Shown here one piece after another: positions 63,291-64,000 of a DNA stretch of 64,000 nucleotides. The notes under the pieces are model-generated. The model saw only the letters and a program-made list of their open reading frames with translations, was not told the DNA's origin and did not search any database. Numbering within the stretch: the stretch's first letter is position 1; the number at the start of each line of letters is the position of its first letter. The DNA comes from Takakia lepidozioides (Eukaryota; Plantae; Bryophyta): assembly GCA_030704615.1 (NCBI GenBank), contig CM060733.1:28520001-28584000 (forward strand). The letters run 5' to 3'. A program made the translations under genes and the position numbers.

Positions 63291-64000
63291 GCTTTCGGCG
63301 GAGAATACTCATCTTCAAGCATCCAATAGAAGGGCCAGTGGTCAGGGCACGAGGTCGCTTATAAGTAGTTGTGTGTTCGAAGTCACATAGGTGTATGTGG
63401 AGTGTCACGCGACACAGCCAACAACTATATAAGGGGGACTTTTACAGGACTTATATAATTTCTTCTAAAGTATCATTATGGAAATTTCGCTCACGAAACC
63501 GCTTGATTGTCTTACATTTCACCTCACCGCTCATGGCTCGTGGCTAATGAAATAGTAAACCACGCTCACCAAGTAAAGAATCTGAGAAGGACTCTTGGGC
63601 AGAGCCTACTCTTGCTTGATTGCTTGGCCTGCGTACCTGAACTGCAAGAAGATGAAAATTCAGCTCCTCATAGTGCAAGTTTTATTTTCAGAATAGGCTT
63701 TCACAAAAAGAACTGCAATCACTGCCCACATCCGTCTCCGCTAGACATGCGACCCTGGCTTAATTTCCTGCAACCCACATGGAGGGTTGAAGGTTTCACT
63801 GCCCAGAGAATTTGCACGTAAGTCCACTTGGATCTACGGGTGACTAGAGCTAATTGAGAGATTTCGGAATACTTCCATCTCTTCTCCAACATCCCCAGGT
63901 GAGAGCTCCCACCTTCAACCAGGTTTAGGTCTCAAGATGAAGATTCACCATTTTTCCTATTTTATACTCTAATAATATATATTTATTCCAGTACTGGGTA

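Noticed and set aside
63403-64000. LTR beginning with TGTCAC
   Set aside because: No second LTR, PBS or coding domain is visible within the window.

Overview
Eukaryotic, intron-rich land-plant nuclear DNA, most likely a bryophyte or other seed-free plant. That is an inference from the PLS-PPR style, Tcn1-like and PHD-associated Gypsy relics and TTTAGGG telomeric repeats. Five host genes are supported: an organelle-type alkaline/neutral invertase (+, 2969-6628), a PLS-class PPR protein with a broken E domain (-, 8787-11134), a GPI-anchored PI-PLC-X-domain protein (+, 38817-42738), a double-AP2 ANT/AIL-like factor with a very long N-terminal exon (-, ~44122-49757) and Mediator subunit MED8 (+, 51973-62706). 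A TE graveyard at ~12.8-35.3 kb holds a PIF/Harbinger element with a telomeric-repeat insertion, a MULE/SWIM transposase relic, Gypsy RT/PHD and chromovirus integrase relics, a pogo/Fot1-like transposase and several foldbacks. The most striking signal is one APE-RT-CCHC LINE family present seven times in the window: one 4.1 kb copy in a MED8 intron plus six fragments. Wherever a target-site duplication is readable it starts in a CT-rich or (CT)n tract, and two insertions are stacked at the same site. A tRNA-derived SINE occurs twice, and both target duplications contain TCCGT. All coordinates and exon models were read by eye; no database searches were run.
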